Positions 51,771-59,890 are shown, numbered from the stretch's first letter. The stretch is 64,000 nt of DNA from an uncultured Pseudomonadales bacterium (GCA_964618725.1 CAZUBK010000005.1:11569-75568), one strand, 5' to 3'. Numbers and translations: made by a program. Notes: generated from the sequence alone by a model not told the origin.

Positions 51771-53558
51771 TTACGGAGCCACTTCCTGCCAGATGATCTT
51801 GGGTATCTTCATCGCCGCTGGCGCGTTAACCACAAAGTCGGGCCTAAATATAAAGTATTCACTCGACTCAGTATTATTGACATCTCCCCTATCCCTCTCC
51901 AAAGATATCGCCTCCCAACCAACAAAAGTTCCCTCTCCTCTGAATCTTTGATCCGTCGCTGTATCCCCAGTAGAAGCCACCGTGATCACGTTCGCTACGT
52001 ATACTCCCTCCGCCCGCGTCACATTGGCTTGAAAAGTTACTGTCCCCGACGCGATTATCGCTAAGTACCCCCCCATTGCCACATCGGTATTCCCCGTCAC
52101 CGTCACATCTCCATTGTGTAAAACCACAATCTTATCGGTATTTCCCACCGCCCAACTCCCGTCAATTATAAGATCTCCACTACTTTTGTACAAAAAGTCA
52201 CTACTCCCTGTCGGCTTACCCATCCCATTCCAATCTACTCGATTAAGCGACGCAGTTCTCGCATAATAGTAGCCATAGTCAAATGCCCTCCCCGTATATC
52301 CGCTCGACACCTTCCAACCGTCTTTACTCACAACAGCATTCGCTGCAGTCCCTAAATCGATTGTCCCGGCTGAATAAACCAAGCCTGACATACCGCTGTT
52401 GTCTCCCCTTTGAACCACCAATGGCGTCTTGTCTCCGCCCGCGTAGCTATTACAAGTAGCTCGATTCCCTGAAAAACTACAAGCCGCCGGAATCTCACTC
52501 ACCACTCTGCTTTTTCCATAGATATCTCCACCTTCCGCCTGGAACCAACCACTACCCGACCGCGATAAGCCGATATTTCTTATCTCTTCCTCCCCCTGAT
52601 TGTTTAAAGTAATCGTGTCAATCGATCCGCTACACAGAAGTTTCTGTTGATATGTTATTGCCCCCGTATCGTAACTCAATCGATAGGTCTCAGGTACCGG
52701 CAAGCCCCCGATATCAAACCGTCCATTTGCCGTTGTTACTTCTGTATACGTCCCTATATGGTTTTGCAACGCCGTCAATGTCACCACTACTCCTTCTATC
52801 TTCGGCCGATTGTCTCGATCAGCACATCTAGCACCTCCAGAAGCGTCAAAGAACTGCCCCCTGATATTTCCCTTGCAATTTTGGGTTCCTTGACAAACAT
52901 TACTTCGCGTAAAAGTAGCCGCCTTACAAGAAGTCCATTTATCGTCTACGTCCGAACATCTACCATCACATCCATCCGATCCACCGCACTGCGGCTTGTT
53001 CCTACCAGGACAATTCGGCACACAGCCAGAACTGCTCCCGGTACTACTTCCCCCACCACAGGCAGCCGCGTCATAACATCCTCCCGGACTCAAACATACC
53101 GGATTATTGCCCAATCCCGCACAATCAGCATTCCCGTTAGCCGGATCACACGCCGATCCACACCCCGGACCGCCAGACGAAGATGAAGTCGATCCTCCAG
53201 AGGAAGTTGAGCCACCAGATGAAGTTGATCCACCAGAAGACGTAGAACCGCCCGATGAAGTTGATCCACCCGACGATGACCCGCCGCAAGAAAAAGGAAG
53301 TTCGCCCAAACCAGTGCAAGAACTAGTCATACAATACTGAATATTCGGCTCTCTAGTACCACACGGTTCACAATTAGATCTTTCCTGCCAACAACAGGGC
53401 GGATCACCTCCATCATTACATGGCATAGGATTACTACCACACACAGATCTACTGCACACCCAATAACTTTCTGCTCGTACTTTCGATACCGACCACTGCC
53501 ACACCAATAATACAAGAACAAATACAGGTAGAGAAACCAGCAGACGTCTTTTATTCAT
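51771..53558 (-). CDS. Large secreted Cys-rich surface protein with Gly/Ser linker
   Basis: Signal peptide, several Cys-rich modules, (GGSTSS)5 linker, beta-rich C-terminus ending WQEVAP. Confidence 0.8.
   Translation of the reverse strand: MNKRRLLVSLPVFVLVLLVWQWSVSKVRAESYWVCSRSVCGSNPMPCNDGGDPPCCWQERSNCEPCGTREPNIQYCMTSSCTGLGELPFSCGGSSSGGSTSSGGSTSSGGSTSSGGSTSSGGSTSSSSGGPGCGSACDPANGNADCAGLGNNPVCLSPGGCYDAAACGGGSSTGSSSGCVPNCPGRNKPQCGGSDGCDGRCSDVDDKWTSCKAATFTRSNVCQGTQNCKGNIRGQFFDASGGARCADRDNRPKIEGVVVTLTALQNHIGTYTEVTTANGRFDIGGLPVPETYRLSYDTGAITYQQKLLCSGSIDTITLNNQGEEEIRNIGLSRSGSGWFQAEGGDIYGKSRVVSEIPAACSFSGNRATCNSYAGGDKTPLVVQRGDNSGMSGLVYSAGTIDLGTAANAVVSKDGWKVSSGYTGRAFDYGYYYARTASLNRVDWNGMGKPTGSSDFLYKSSGDLIIDGSWAVGNTDKIVVLHNGDVTVTGNTDVAMGGYLAIIASGTVTFQANVTRAEGVYVANVITVASTGDTATDQRFRGEGTFVGWEAISLERDRGDVNNTESSEYFIFRPDFVVNAPAAMKIPKIIWQEVAP
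53171..53285 (-). repeat. Coding tandem repeat, 18-bp unit (GGSTSS x5)
   Basis: Amino-acid-identical units with different synonymous codons. Confidence 0.85.
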
Positions 53559-54181
53559 CTTTTTCCACCTAAAGTAATGCTTAGAACAGAATTTGCTCTA
53601 GCATCGTATCTAATTTTCAATAAATCACCATACTTCACTACACTATAAAAAAGTTCTTTCTGTAAGCTACTTGACGTCAACAAATACTTATTCTTCAATC
53701 TTGAAATCGAGACCCCTCGAGACGCCTCTATCTTTTCTACATAACCTTGATCAATCAATACACCTAATCGTTGTTCGAAATATGTTAACTGATCAATTGA
53801 GGTTAAAATTCCTATACTGAATTTCGTCTCTGAACTCAATCTAAATCGAGAAATTAGTTTTTGGCCTTTCACCACTAACACCCTATCTGGTGTAATACCA
53901 AGCAAAATTACATTTGCATTACGAATGTTTTCATCCACGGTAACTCCTCTCTGATCCACTAATGCTGCGTCGTAAAACACACTAATACCAAAATCACAAG
54001 GAATTGTCTTTTCTCTCTCACAAAGCCAATCTCCAAACCATGCCCCGATAATTAAATATGTCTGCGTGAAATAAATCAACAGAACAAGCACCACAAGAGG
54101 AACTACAAAAAAAAGAAACCAGAATCTTCTCATAAAATCACTCACACTCCTAATATCCCACATTCTCAGAATTCCCGTCAA
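53555..54181 (-). CDS. Hypothetical membrane-anchored protein
   Basis: 208 aa, one N-terminal TM, AT-rich; ATGA overlap with the Cys-rich gene. Confidence 0.7.
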   Translation of the reverse strand: MTGILRMWDIRSVSDFMRRFWFLFFVVPLVVLVLLIYFTQTYLIIGAWFGDWLCEREKTIPCDFGISVFYDAALVDQRGVTVDENIRNANVILLGITPDRVLVVKGQKLISRFRLSSETKFSIGILTSIDQLTYFEQRLGVLIDQGYVEKIEASRGVSISRLKNKYLLTSSSLQKELFYSVVKYGDLLKIRYDARANSVLSITLGGKR

Positions 54182-54196
54182 CCAATCATTAACGTA

Positions 54197-54226
54197 AAAT
54201 CGCGTCTGCTGAAGCAGACGCGATTT
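54197..54226. terminator. Intrinsic terminator hairpin
   Basis: AAATCGCGTCTGCT-ga-AGCAGACGCGATTT, just past the stop at 54232. Confidence 0.8.
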
Positions 54227-54231
54227 AACTT

Positions 54232-54612
54232 TTAAGACCCATCTGGATCCTCCTTTAGAAGGTTATCCAGAAAGGTATCCCTTTCTTCATCGTTGGCAAA
54301 CGGAGGTCTTGCCGGCGGCGGAAGGGTTTCCCGAGGATCTTGATCGACACTCGGCCACGGCAAGGTGCAACGCACCAAAAACGCCCTCGCCTCTTCCTCT
54401 TCCATTCCCTCAGCAGTTAGCTGAGAGAGCGTCAATTCGTACCGCTGAGAGGGATTCTCCCCCTCTTGAATCCATCGACACAACTCATCCGATGCGACGG
54501 AACTCGCCTCAAATGCACTCGATTGAGGCATCTGGGAAGCGGCGACATTCTCACTCTTCGGCGAGAAAATCGTCACGACTACCAACACGACAAAAACGAT
54601 CAGTGCCTTCAT
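54232..54612 (-). CDS. Hypothetical exported protein (126 aa)
   Basis: MKALIVFVVLVVVTIF signal/TM; AAGGAGGTG RBS and TTGACA(54674-54669)-17-TATAGT(54651-54646) promoter place the start at 54612. Confidence 0.75.
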   Translation of the reverse strand: MKALIVFVVLVVVTIFSPKSENVAASQMPQSSAFEASSVASDELCRWIQEGENPSQRYELTLSQLTAEGMEEEEARAFLVRCTLPWPSVDQDPRETLPPPARPPFANDEERDTFLDNLLKEDPDGS

Positions 54613-54680
54613 GAGACACCTCCTTTGTAAGGAACGAATACCTGCACTATACCCCATATCCCCCCGTTTGTCAAGCTATC

Positions 54681-54829
54681 GGCCACACTCTCCTCCTTTT
54701 CAAGGTACAAAAAACCGCCTCAGGGGCGGTTAAGGAAGCTTCCCTTTGGGGGCCGCTAGGTCCAAGTCGGACAACAGCTGAGGCTTCTTATATCTCATAC
54801 TCAAACTAGCATAACACCTCCTGTCAACT
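54681..54829 (-). repeat. Copy 1 of duplicated promoter-leader-terminator-RBS module
   Basis: Shares ATAACACCTCCYGTCAACT, GTACAAAA..ACCGCC-N5/6-GGCGGT..TAAG and GCCAC..ACTC[T/A]CCTCCTTT with 56909-57049. Confidence 0.75.
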
Positions 54830-56461
54830 TGAAAAGTTCAACACAACATCATTCTTCTGCAAAAACCACTCTAATTTGATGAGTGTCTCTAGTGCAATTG
54901 CCACATTAGGTTCCTTGAATATCTGACCATTAGGATCATCAAGCATATCTTGTATTTGATTAGGATCAATCAATCCCGTTGAAACCAAGACAGAGTTCTT
55001 CAAGACTTCATCGATTAATGGTCGTTGATTTATCGCAAAATTTACAAATGTGTGCTCAGGACTTCCCTTTTTAGGAATAAACATTTCCTCTACAAAAATG
55101 TCCTTCATTTCTTTCATCAGCTCCAATTTCAAATCCCATTTCTTTTTTCCTAGCACTTCAGGCATATTCTTACCCAGAGCAATTAACCTAGTATCCAAAA
55201 AAGGATTCATAAAGCGCAGTCCATAAGAGTTATACTGTTCTTGAGAACTTGCCTTAGCTATTACCCCAGACTCGGAAATTATTGTTGGATAGGAACTCCT
55301 TTTATTATATCTGTCCTCATCCAAAAATATCTCGATCCCTTTTGAAGTAAATAGCGCTTGTGTACCAAACTTCTTGAGAGTGTTGACTTCCATAAAATAG
55401 TTGTACTGTTTGTTGAATCTTAGAAACAAATCCATACCTTTCAACATATATGCCTCATCACCACCCTCGCCACCAAAATTAATACGAACCCCATTTCTCT
55501 TCAACAATCCAAGGTGCACCTGTTGTTCATGCATGGCAATCTGATACGGATCATCTACCGACCACTTCTCTGAATAGTTAGAATCACGTAGTTGAGGCTT
55601 CTTGGCATCAACTGATTTCAATTTCAAACCATGTCTATCCGTAAACTTCTTTACAACCTCAATATTTGTTTCATCTACCATCAAATCCGAGTAGCGTGAA
55701 TAACAAGTAAATGCATTAGGACCAGCAACCTGTGCTAAACAATAAGCAATTAAGGTGCAGTCAAAACCAGAAGAAACATCACACCCAATTTCAACTCCCT
55801 TAGGAATTTTTGACCAACGTTGCCTGACAATTTCAGTCACAGCTTTAATCCAATCGATAGAAAAATCTTTTAAGGACGAATATTTCAAGTCCTCAAGAGA
55901 ATTAAGGTAGCCTTCGATATCAAGCAGTGTCTTAATCCTATATGAAGATGGATTATCGAAATTAAATACAACTACGGAACCTGCGGGGACTACCTTAATC
56001 TGTTGTATTAAGGTTTTCTCAGTCATGTGCCATGTCCAAAGCAAACCTGTCAGTATCCCATCTAAATCACCTATCAACTTTTGGCTTCCTTTAACTTCAT
56101 TTTTTACTTTCGAAAAATTAGTTGAAAAAATTATCGAACCCTGAAGAATTGAAAAATAGCATGCAAAACTAAAAAATTGGTCCACGCAGACAGAAAGAGT
56201 CCTATTTTGTTTATCAAACATAAACAAAATAAATTCGCTATTGCTATTCACAATTCGTCGAAACCCATTTGTCTGTACTTCTAATAACAAATCTTTTTCA
56301 TGTAACAAATTTTCATAACAAACAAAATATCCAGTCAACAAATACCGATCATTTTCTTGTCGAATCCTGATTGGTACTCTTATATCAGGTAATTGGACAG
56401 TAGAAAACAAGCCCTCAACGGCGAAAGGCAGGTCTAGTTTTATACAAAAATCGTTATTCAT
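54824..56461 (-). CDS. Lasso cyclase-like (asparagine synthetase family) isopeptide-forming enzyme
   Basis: GCDVSSGFDCTLIA (variant SGGLDS loop), GGEGGDE, NPFLDTRLI, PKKG; degenerate glutaminase domain with no N-terminal Cys; adjacent to RRE and precursor. Confidence 0.85.
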   Translation of the reverse strand: MNNDFCIKLDLPFAVEGLFSTVQLPDIRVPIRIRQENDRYLLTGYFVCYENLLHEKDLLLEVQTNGFRRIVNSNSEFILFMFDKQNRTLSVCVDQFFSFACYFSILQGSIIFSTNFSKVKNEVKGSQKLIGDLDGILTGLLWTWHMTEKTLIQQIKVVPAGSVVVFNFDNPSSYRIKTLLDIEGYLNSLEDLKYSSLKDFSIDWIKAVTEIVRQRWSKIPKGVEIGCDVSSGFDCTLIAYCLAQVAGPNAFTCYSRYSDLMVDETNIEVVKKFTDRHGLKLKSVDAKKPQLRDSNYSEKWSVDDPYQIAMHEQQVHLGLLKRNGVRINFGGEGGDEAYMLKGMDLFLRFNKQYNYFMEVNTLKKFGTQALFTSKGIEIFLDEDRYNKRSSYPTIISESGVIAKASSQEQYNSYGLRFMNPFLDTRLIALGKNMPEVLGKKKWDLKLELMKEMKDIFVEEMFIPKKGSPEHTFVNFAINQRPLIDEVLKNSVLVSTGLIDPNQIQDMLDDPNGQIFKEPNVAIALETLIKLEWFLQKNDVVLNFSS

Positions 56462-56714
56462 TGGTATGTAAAATATTTCTGTCCACTAATTTAGTAAGGA
56501 TTTCTTCCAATCCATCAACGTCATTCCTAAAAAAAACTTGCAACTGTTTTTCATCCACCGGTTGATTTTCAAATATGTATTTTAAAAGTTGATACTCTAA
56601 TGGTCTAATCGCAACAACATCGTCAGACTTGAAATCATAAGCAATCGTATAATAATCATTTTTTTTATCGGTATCTAAAAAAATTATGGCGTCCTTATTT
56701 ACTAAATAGGTCAT
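56454..56714 (-). CDS. RiPP recognition element (PqqD/lasso B1-like)
   Basis: 86 aa, three short beta strands then three helices ending L..LVDRNIL; overlaps the cyclase start by 8 nt. Confidence 0.75.
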   Translation of the reverse strand: MTYLVNKDAIIFLDTDKKNDYYTIAYDFKSDDVVAIRPLEYQLLKYIFENQPVDEKQLQVFFRNDVDGLEEILTKLVDRNILHTNE

Positions 56715-56738
56715 TTTTACTCAAAATTAGTCTCTTGA

Positions 56739-56758
56739 GGGGCGGCTTACGCCGCCCC
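56739..56758 (-). terminator. Stem-loop between precursor and RRE genes
   Basis: GGGGCGGC-GTAA-GCCGCCCC on the - strand (GNRA loop), no U-tract. Confidence 0.75.
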
Positions 56759-56767
56759 GATTTACAA

Positions 56768-56914
56768 TTACGATTGCCTTGAATTGGGGTTTTGATCACT
56801 ACCACCATTCTTTGCTCTCGATATCTCACTCATTTTACCTAAAACTTCAACTTTTGGCTCGCTCTTCTCCATTTCGATCTTCTGCTCAACTATTTTTTCG
56901 ATTTGACTTGCCAC
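56768..56914 (-). CDS. Lasso-type RiPP precursor peptide (48 aa)
   Basis: GTG-ASQIEKIVEQKIEMEKSEPKVEVLGKMSEISR|AKNGGSDQNPNSRQS*; RBS AAAGGAGGTG 6 nt upstream; leader fits PxLxxxGxxxxx(T/S)x. Confidence 0.85.
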   Translation of the reverse strand: MASQIEKIVEQKIEMEKSEPKVEVLGKMSEISRAKNGGSDQNPNSRQS

Positions 56915-57049
56915 AATACTCACCTCCTTTCACACAATCGTACAAAACCGCCAATAAAGGCGGTCGTAAGAACCAAAAAAATCCTTCACCAGCTAGAAAT
57001 ACAGAACAATCCGATTTCATTGAGTAAAATATAACACCTCCCGTCAACT
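56909..57049 (-). repeat. Copy 2 of duplicated module; promoter and leader of the precursor gene
   Basis: TGT-TATATT extended -10 (57036-57028), ACCGCC-tttatt-GGCGGT-TTT hairpin (56964-56944), RBS 56930-56921. Confidence 0.75.
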
Positions 57050-57064
57050 CTAAACTCTCAACTT

Positions 57065-57292
57065 CTAGATAAACCTCATCATCGCCAAGTGTCTGGCCCG
57101 CTTTATTGAGATCGCCACCCTTCTCTGATGCTTCTCACACACTCCGGTCACAAAACGAGAGATAATTCTCCCCTTACCCGAAAGATACTTACTCAAAGTC
57201 TCAGTCTCTTTGTAATCCGGCTCCTTTTTGTTTACACAAAAATAACAAGGCTCTTTAGACCGTCTAATTTTTTTCTTTACTGGTTGTGCCAT
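57065..57292 (-). CDS. rpsR: 30S ribosomal protein S18
   Basis: CYFC...DYK...L...GRI..R..TG.C..HQR.VA..IKRAR. Confidence 0.95.
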   Translation of the reverse strand: MAQPVKKKIRRSKEPCYFCVNKKEPDYKETETLSKYLSGKGRIISRFVTGVCEKHQRRVAISIKRARHLAMMRFI

Positions 57293-57326
57293 CGTTACTG
57301 TTCTTGATTTCTAATAATTAAGCTCG

Positions 57327-57827
57327 TTAAAAAGGAATATCATCAGCCACTTCTTCGGCTAGATCTCTTTCTTCTTTCTTTTCCGGTTTCTCCTCAATAT
57401 CCGAGAGCTCCGCCTTAACTTCGTCTTCTATGACAGAAGCCACTGGAGTAGAAGTTATCTCCGTCCCAAATTCCTCACCTTGACCCGGTTTACCCGGACC
57501 AAAGGCAATCATCTCTTCAATCACCACTTCAGTCGTCCGTCGCTCTACACTATCCTGTCCCGTCCAGGTTCTCGTCGACATTCGACCCTCTACATAAATC
57601 TTTCTCCCTTTGTAAAGTAGTTGTGAGCAAATCTCCGCCAACTTGTTCCAAGCCACCAAATTATGAAACTCCACATCCTCCTGTCGCTGGCCCGACTGAT
57701 CAGCCCACTCCCGGTTTGTTGCCAATCCGAAAGAACAAACTGGTGTCCCCTGTGGCGTGTATCTAAGTTCAGGGTCTCGTGTCAAATTACCAATCAACAA
57801 CACCTTGTTCAAGCTTCTGGCTGCCAT
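57327..57827 (-). CDS. ssb: Single-stranded DNA-binding protein
   Basis: LNKVLLIGNLTRDPELRYT; C-terminal DDIPF. Confidence 0.97.
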   Translation of the reverse strand: MAARSLNKVLLIGNLTRDPELRYTPQGTPVCSFGLATNREWADQSGQRQEDVEFHNLVAWNKLAEICSQLLYKGRKIYVEGRMSTRTWTGQDSVERRTTEVVIEEMIAFGPGKPGQGEEFGTEITSTPVASVIEDEVKAELSDIEEKPEKKEERDLAEEVADDIPF

Positions 57828-57829
57828 AT

Positions 57830-58114
57830 TTATTTGGTACTCTTGATAACTAATAAATGTCGTAAAACACTTTCCGTCTGTTTTAACCTTATTCCCAAAT
57901 CAGACACTTCTTTAGGCTTCAATTGCAAATCAAAGAGAATATAAGCCCCTCTGGACATCTTCTTGATTGGATATGTCAATTCCCGTACTCCCCAAAAATC
58001 AAAAGTTTTTATCTCCCCACCTGTTTTCTGAAGTAATCCTTCCAAAAGGACCTTAGCCCCTTCCTCAGTAGTATCTTCGGGCAAGACTAAAGTTAGTTCG
58101 TAAATCTTATCCAT
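57830..58114 (-). CDS. rpsF: 30S ribosomal protein S6
   Basis: YEL...WGVRELTYPIKK..G.Y...VLRHL; rpsF-ssb-rpsR order. Confidence 0.95.
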   Translation of the reverse strand: MDKIYELTLVLPEDTTEEGAKVLLEGLLQKTGGEIKTFDFWGVRELTYPIKKMSRGAYILFDLQLKPKEVSDLGIRLKQTESVLRHLLVIKSTK

Positions 58115-58198
58115 AAATTTTACTTAATTCTGGCTAATTATACCAAGACAATAATCCGAAAGCAATTACAGCAACTATTTTGTACTACACTTAAAATA

Positions 58199-59890
58199 AT
58201 GCCGAAAAAGTATACTTCAAGACTCCCCTTCTGGTTGGGTATTTTTACCATCTTACTTCTCACTTTCTATTTTAGCATTGGCATTACCCGCTACTTTTTC
58301 TTCGGTTCACACGACGGCGACTACAACCTTATTCGTGCCTTCACTGCCCTGCTAGCCTTCAAAGAAGGCCAGTTTCCTCTTTTCTGGACTGGCACCCTCA
58401 ACCAACTTTGTGGCGCTCCCCTCCCTACCACCCATTATCCTCTCCTCAGTTATCTCGCAATTCTTGTAGCTCAAGTCATTCCTCTCCCTCTTCCTCGAAT
58501 TATTACCTACATCTTCGCCACCTCACTCCCTCTTGGCGGACTTGGTATGTACTTGCTTTTTTCTCGTCACAGTAAATCTGTCTTCACTTCATTTGTCGGT
58601 GCCACCCTTTACTCTCTCTCCCCCTACTTTTTTGTCAACCTTTACGTTCGCGGTACTACCGAAGTTTTCGGCTACGCCCTCGCTCCCTGGATTTTTCTCC
58701 TTATTAATCTCGTCTTCCAATCTACTCTCTTCTTTCCCCTGCTTGTCCTTATCTGGTTGCTCTTTATTCTCTCCCACAATCTCGTCTTTCTTTTTTTTCT
58801 TCCTTTCATCCTCCTCTATCTCTTCTGTCTCAGCCGAAAACATAAAACCTCGTCCCTTGGTTTATTGATTCTTCTCGTTTTCTCTCTGACCGCCTCCTTT
58901 TTCTGGCTCCCCGCTCTAGTCTTTCAACCCCTACTTCAACTTAGTATCACCCCCGCCATAGATTACCAACAACACTTTCCCTCCCTTAGACAACTCCTTT
59001 ATTCCCCTTGGGGCTTCTTCTATCAGACTGCCTCCCCCTCTAACAAGTACCCTTCCGGTATCAACTTCTCGCTGGGAATCGCTCAGTGGCTTCTTCTCGC
59101 CATCACCGTTATTTCCCTTAAACTGAAACCATACCGCCGTCTCAAATTATCGTTACTCGCTCTAACTCTCCTCACCATCTTTTTTATTTCGTATCCCTCC
59201 CGTTTTTTGTGGAACAGTTTTACTCCCCTTCAAATTATTCAGTTCCCCTGGCGACTTCTTGGGCTTGCCATTTTTTTCATTAGCGTCCTAACCGTCATTA
59301 CTCTCTCCTCCCTCCCCAAGTCATTAAGAATCATCGTCGGCATCCTTCTCCTTTCTTTCGCCATTATCGGCAATCGTAATCACCACCTGCCGACCCCACT
59401 CATGGATGAAAGCTTTTATCACAATCTCAACTACCACCCCGTTCGCTATACCACTACCACCATCGCTGACGAAGTCATCCACAAGAACTCACTCAGAGCC
59501 TGTAAGGCTTCTGATCCCTTCGTCACTGGCTCGTCGATCCAAGGCTCCTCCGCCGAGATCAAAGAAAGCTCCGGCCAAATTTCTTATTCTTCCTCCAAAC
59601 AAACAGATCACGACCTTGCCCTCCGTTTAATGTACTTCCCCGGCATCTATCGCTTTCAGGTTAACAACCAGCCCATTTCGGAATACAGCGAAAGTCAAGG
59701 TCTAGTTCTCCTAAAAGACGTCTCTTCCCAAAAAGGTCTCAATCAAATCAGTTGGACCATCCACCCCACTCCCACCCATCGCCTCGCCTATCTCCTCACC
59801 CTCGTCGGTTTCGCCCTCACTCTTATCTATCCCATTATCCGACTTCTCAACCAAGCAAAACTCTCAAGAAAAACTAAGTCCCAATCATAA
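58199..59890 (+). CDS. Polytopic membrane protein, GT-C/YfhO-like ('PTPS-related') putative glycosyltransferase
   Basis: HDG...R...GQFP.W...G.P..HYP, Y..SPY...NLYVRG..E, SHN, FFWLPA, QFPWRLL, YFPG. Confidence 0.7.
   Translation: MPKKYTSRLPFWLGIFTILLLTFYFSIGITRYFFFGSHDGDYNLIRAFTALLAFKEGQFPLFWTGTLNQLCGAPLPTTHYPLLSYLAILVAQVIPLPLPRIITYIFATSLPLGGLGMYLLFSRHSKSVFTSFVGATLYSLSPYFFVNLYVRGTTEVFGYALAPWIFLLINLVFQSTLFFPLLVLIWLLFILSHNLVFLFFLPFILLYLFCLSRKHKTSSLGLLILLVFSLTASFFWLPALVFQPLLQLSITPAIDYQQHFPSLRQLLYSPWGFFYQTASPSNKYPSGINFSLGIAQWLLLAITVISLKLKPYRRLKLSLLALTLLTIFFISYPSRFLWNSFTPLQIIQFPWRLLGLAIFFISVLTVITLSSLPKSLRIIVGILLLSFAIIGNRNHHLPTPLMDESFYHNLNYHPVRYTTTTIADEVIHKNSLRACKASDPFVTGSSIQGSSAEIKESSGQISYSSSKQTDHDLALRLMYFPGIYRFQVNNQPISEYSESQGLVLLKDVSSQKGLNQISWTIHPTPTHRLAYLLTLVGFALTLIYPIIRLLNQAKLSRKTKSQS

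Noticed and set aside
53171-53285. CRISPR-like repeat array
   Set aside because: Contiguous 18-bp coding units without spacers, varying only at synonymous positions; no cas genes
54609-54686. 25-aa ORF MADSLTNGGIWGIVQVFVPYKGGVS as a second lasso precursor
   Set aside because: No leader motif and no Asp/Glu at core position 7-9; the sequence is explained by the promoter and RBS of the 126-aa gene
54824-56461. Housekeeping asparagine synthetase AsnB
   Set aside because: No N-terminal catalytic Cys (MCGI), degenerate glutaminase domain, and adjacent RRE plus lasso-type precursor
56779-57027. 82-aa + strand ORF from the track
   Set aside because: Antisense shadow of the precursor and its leader; no RBS or family signal
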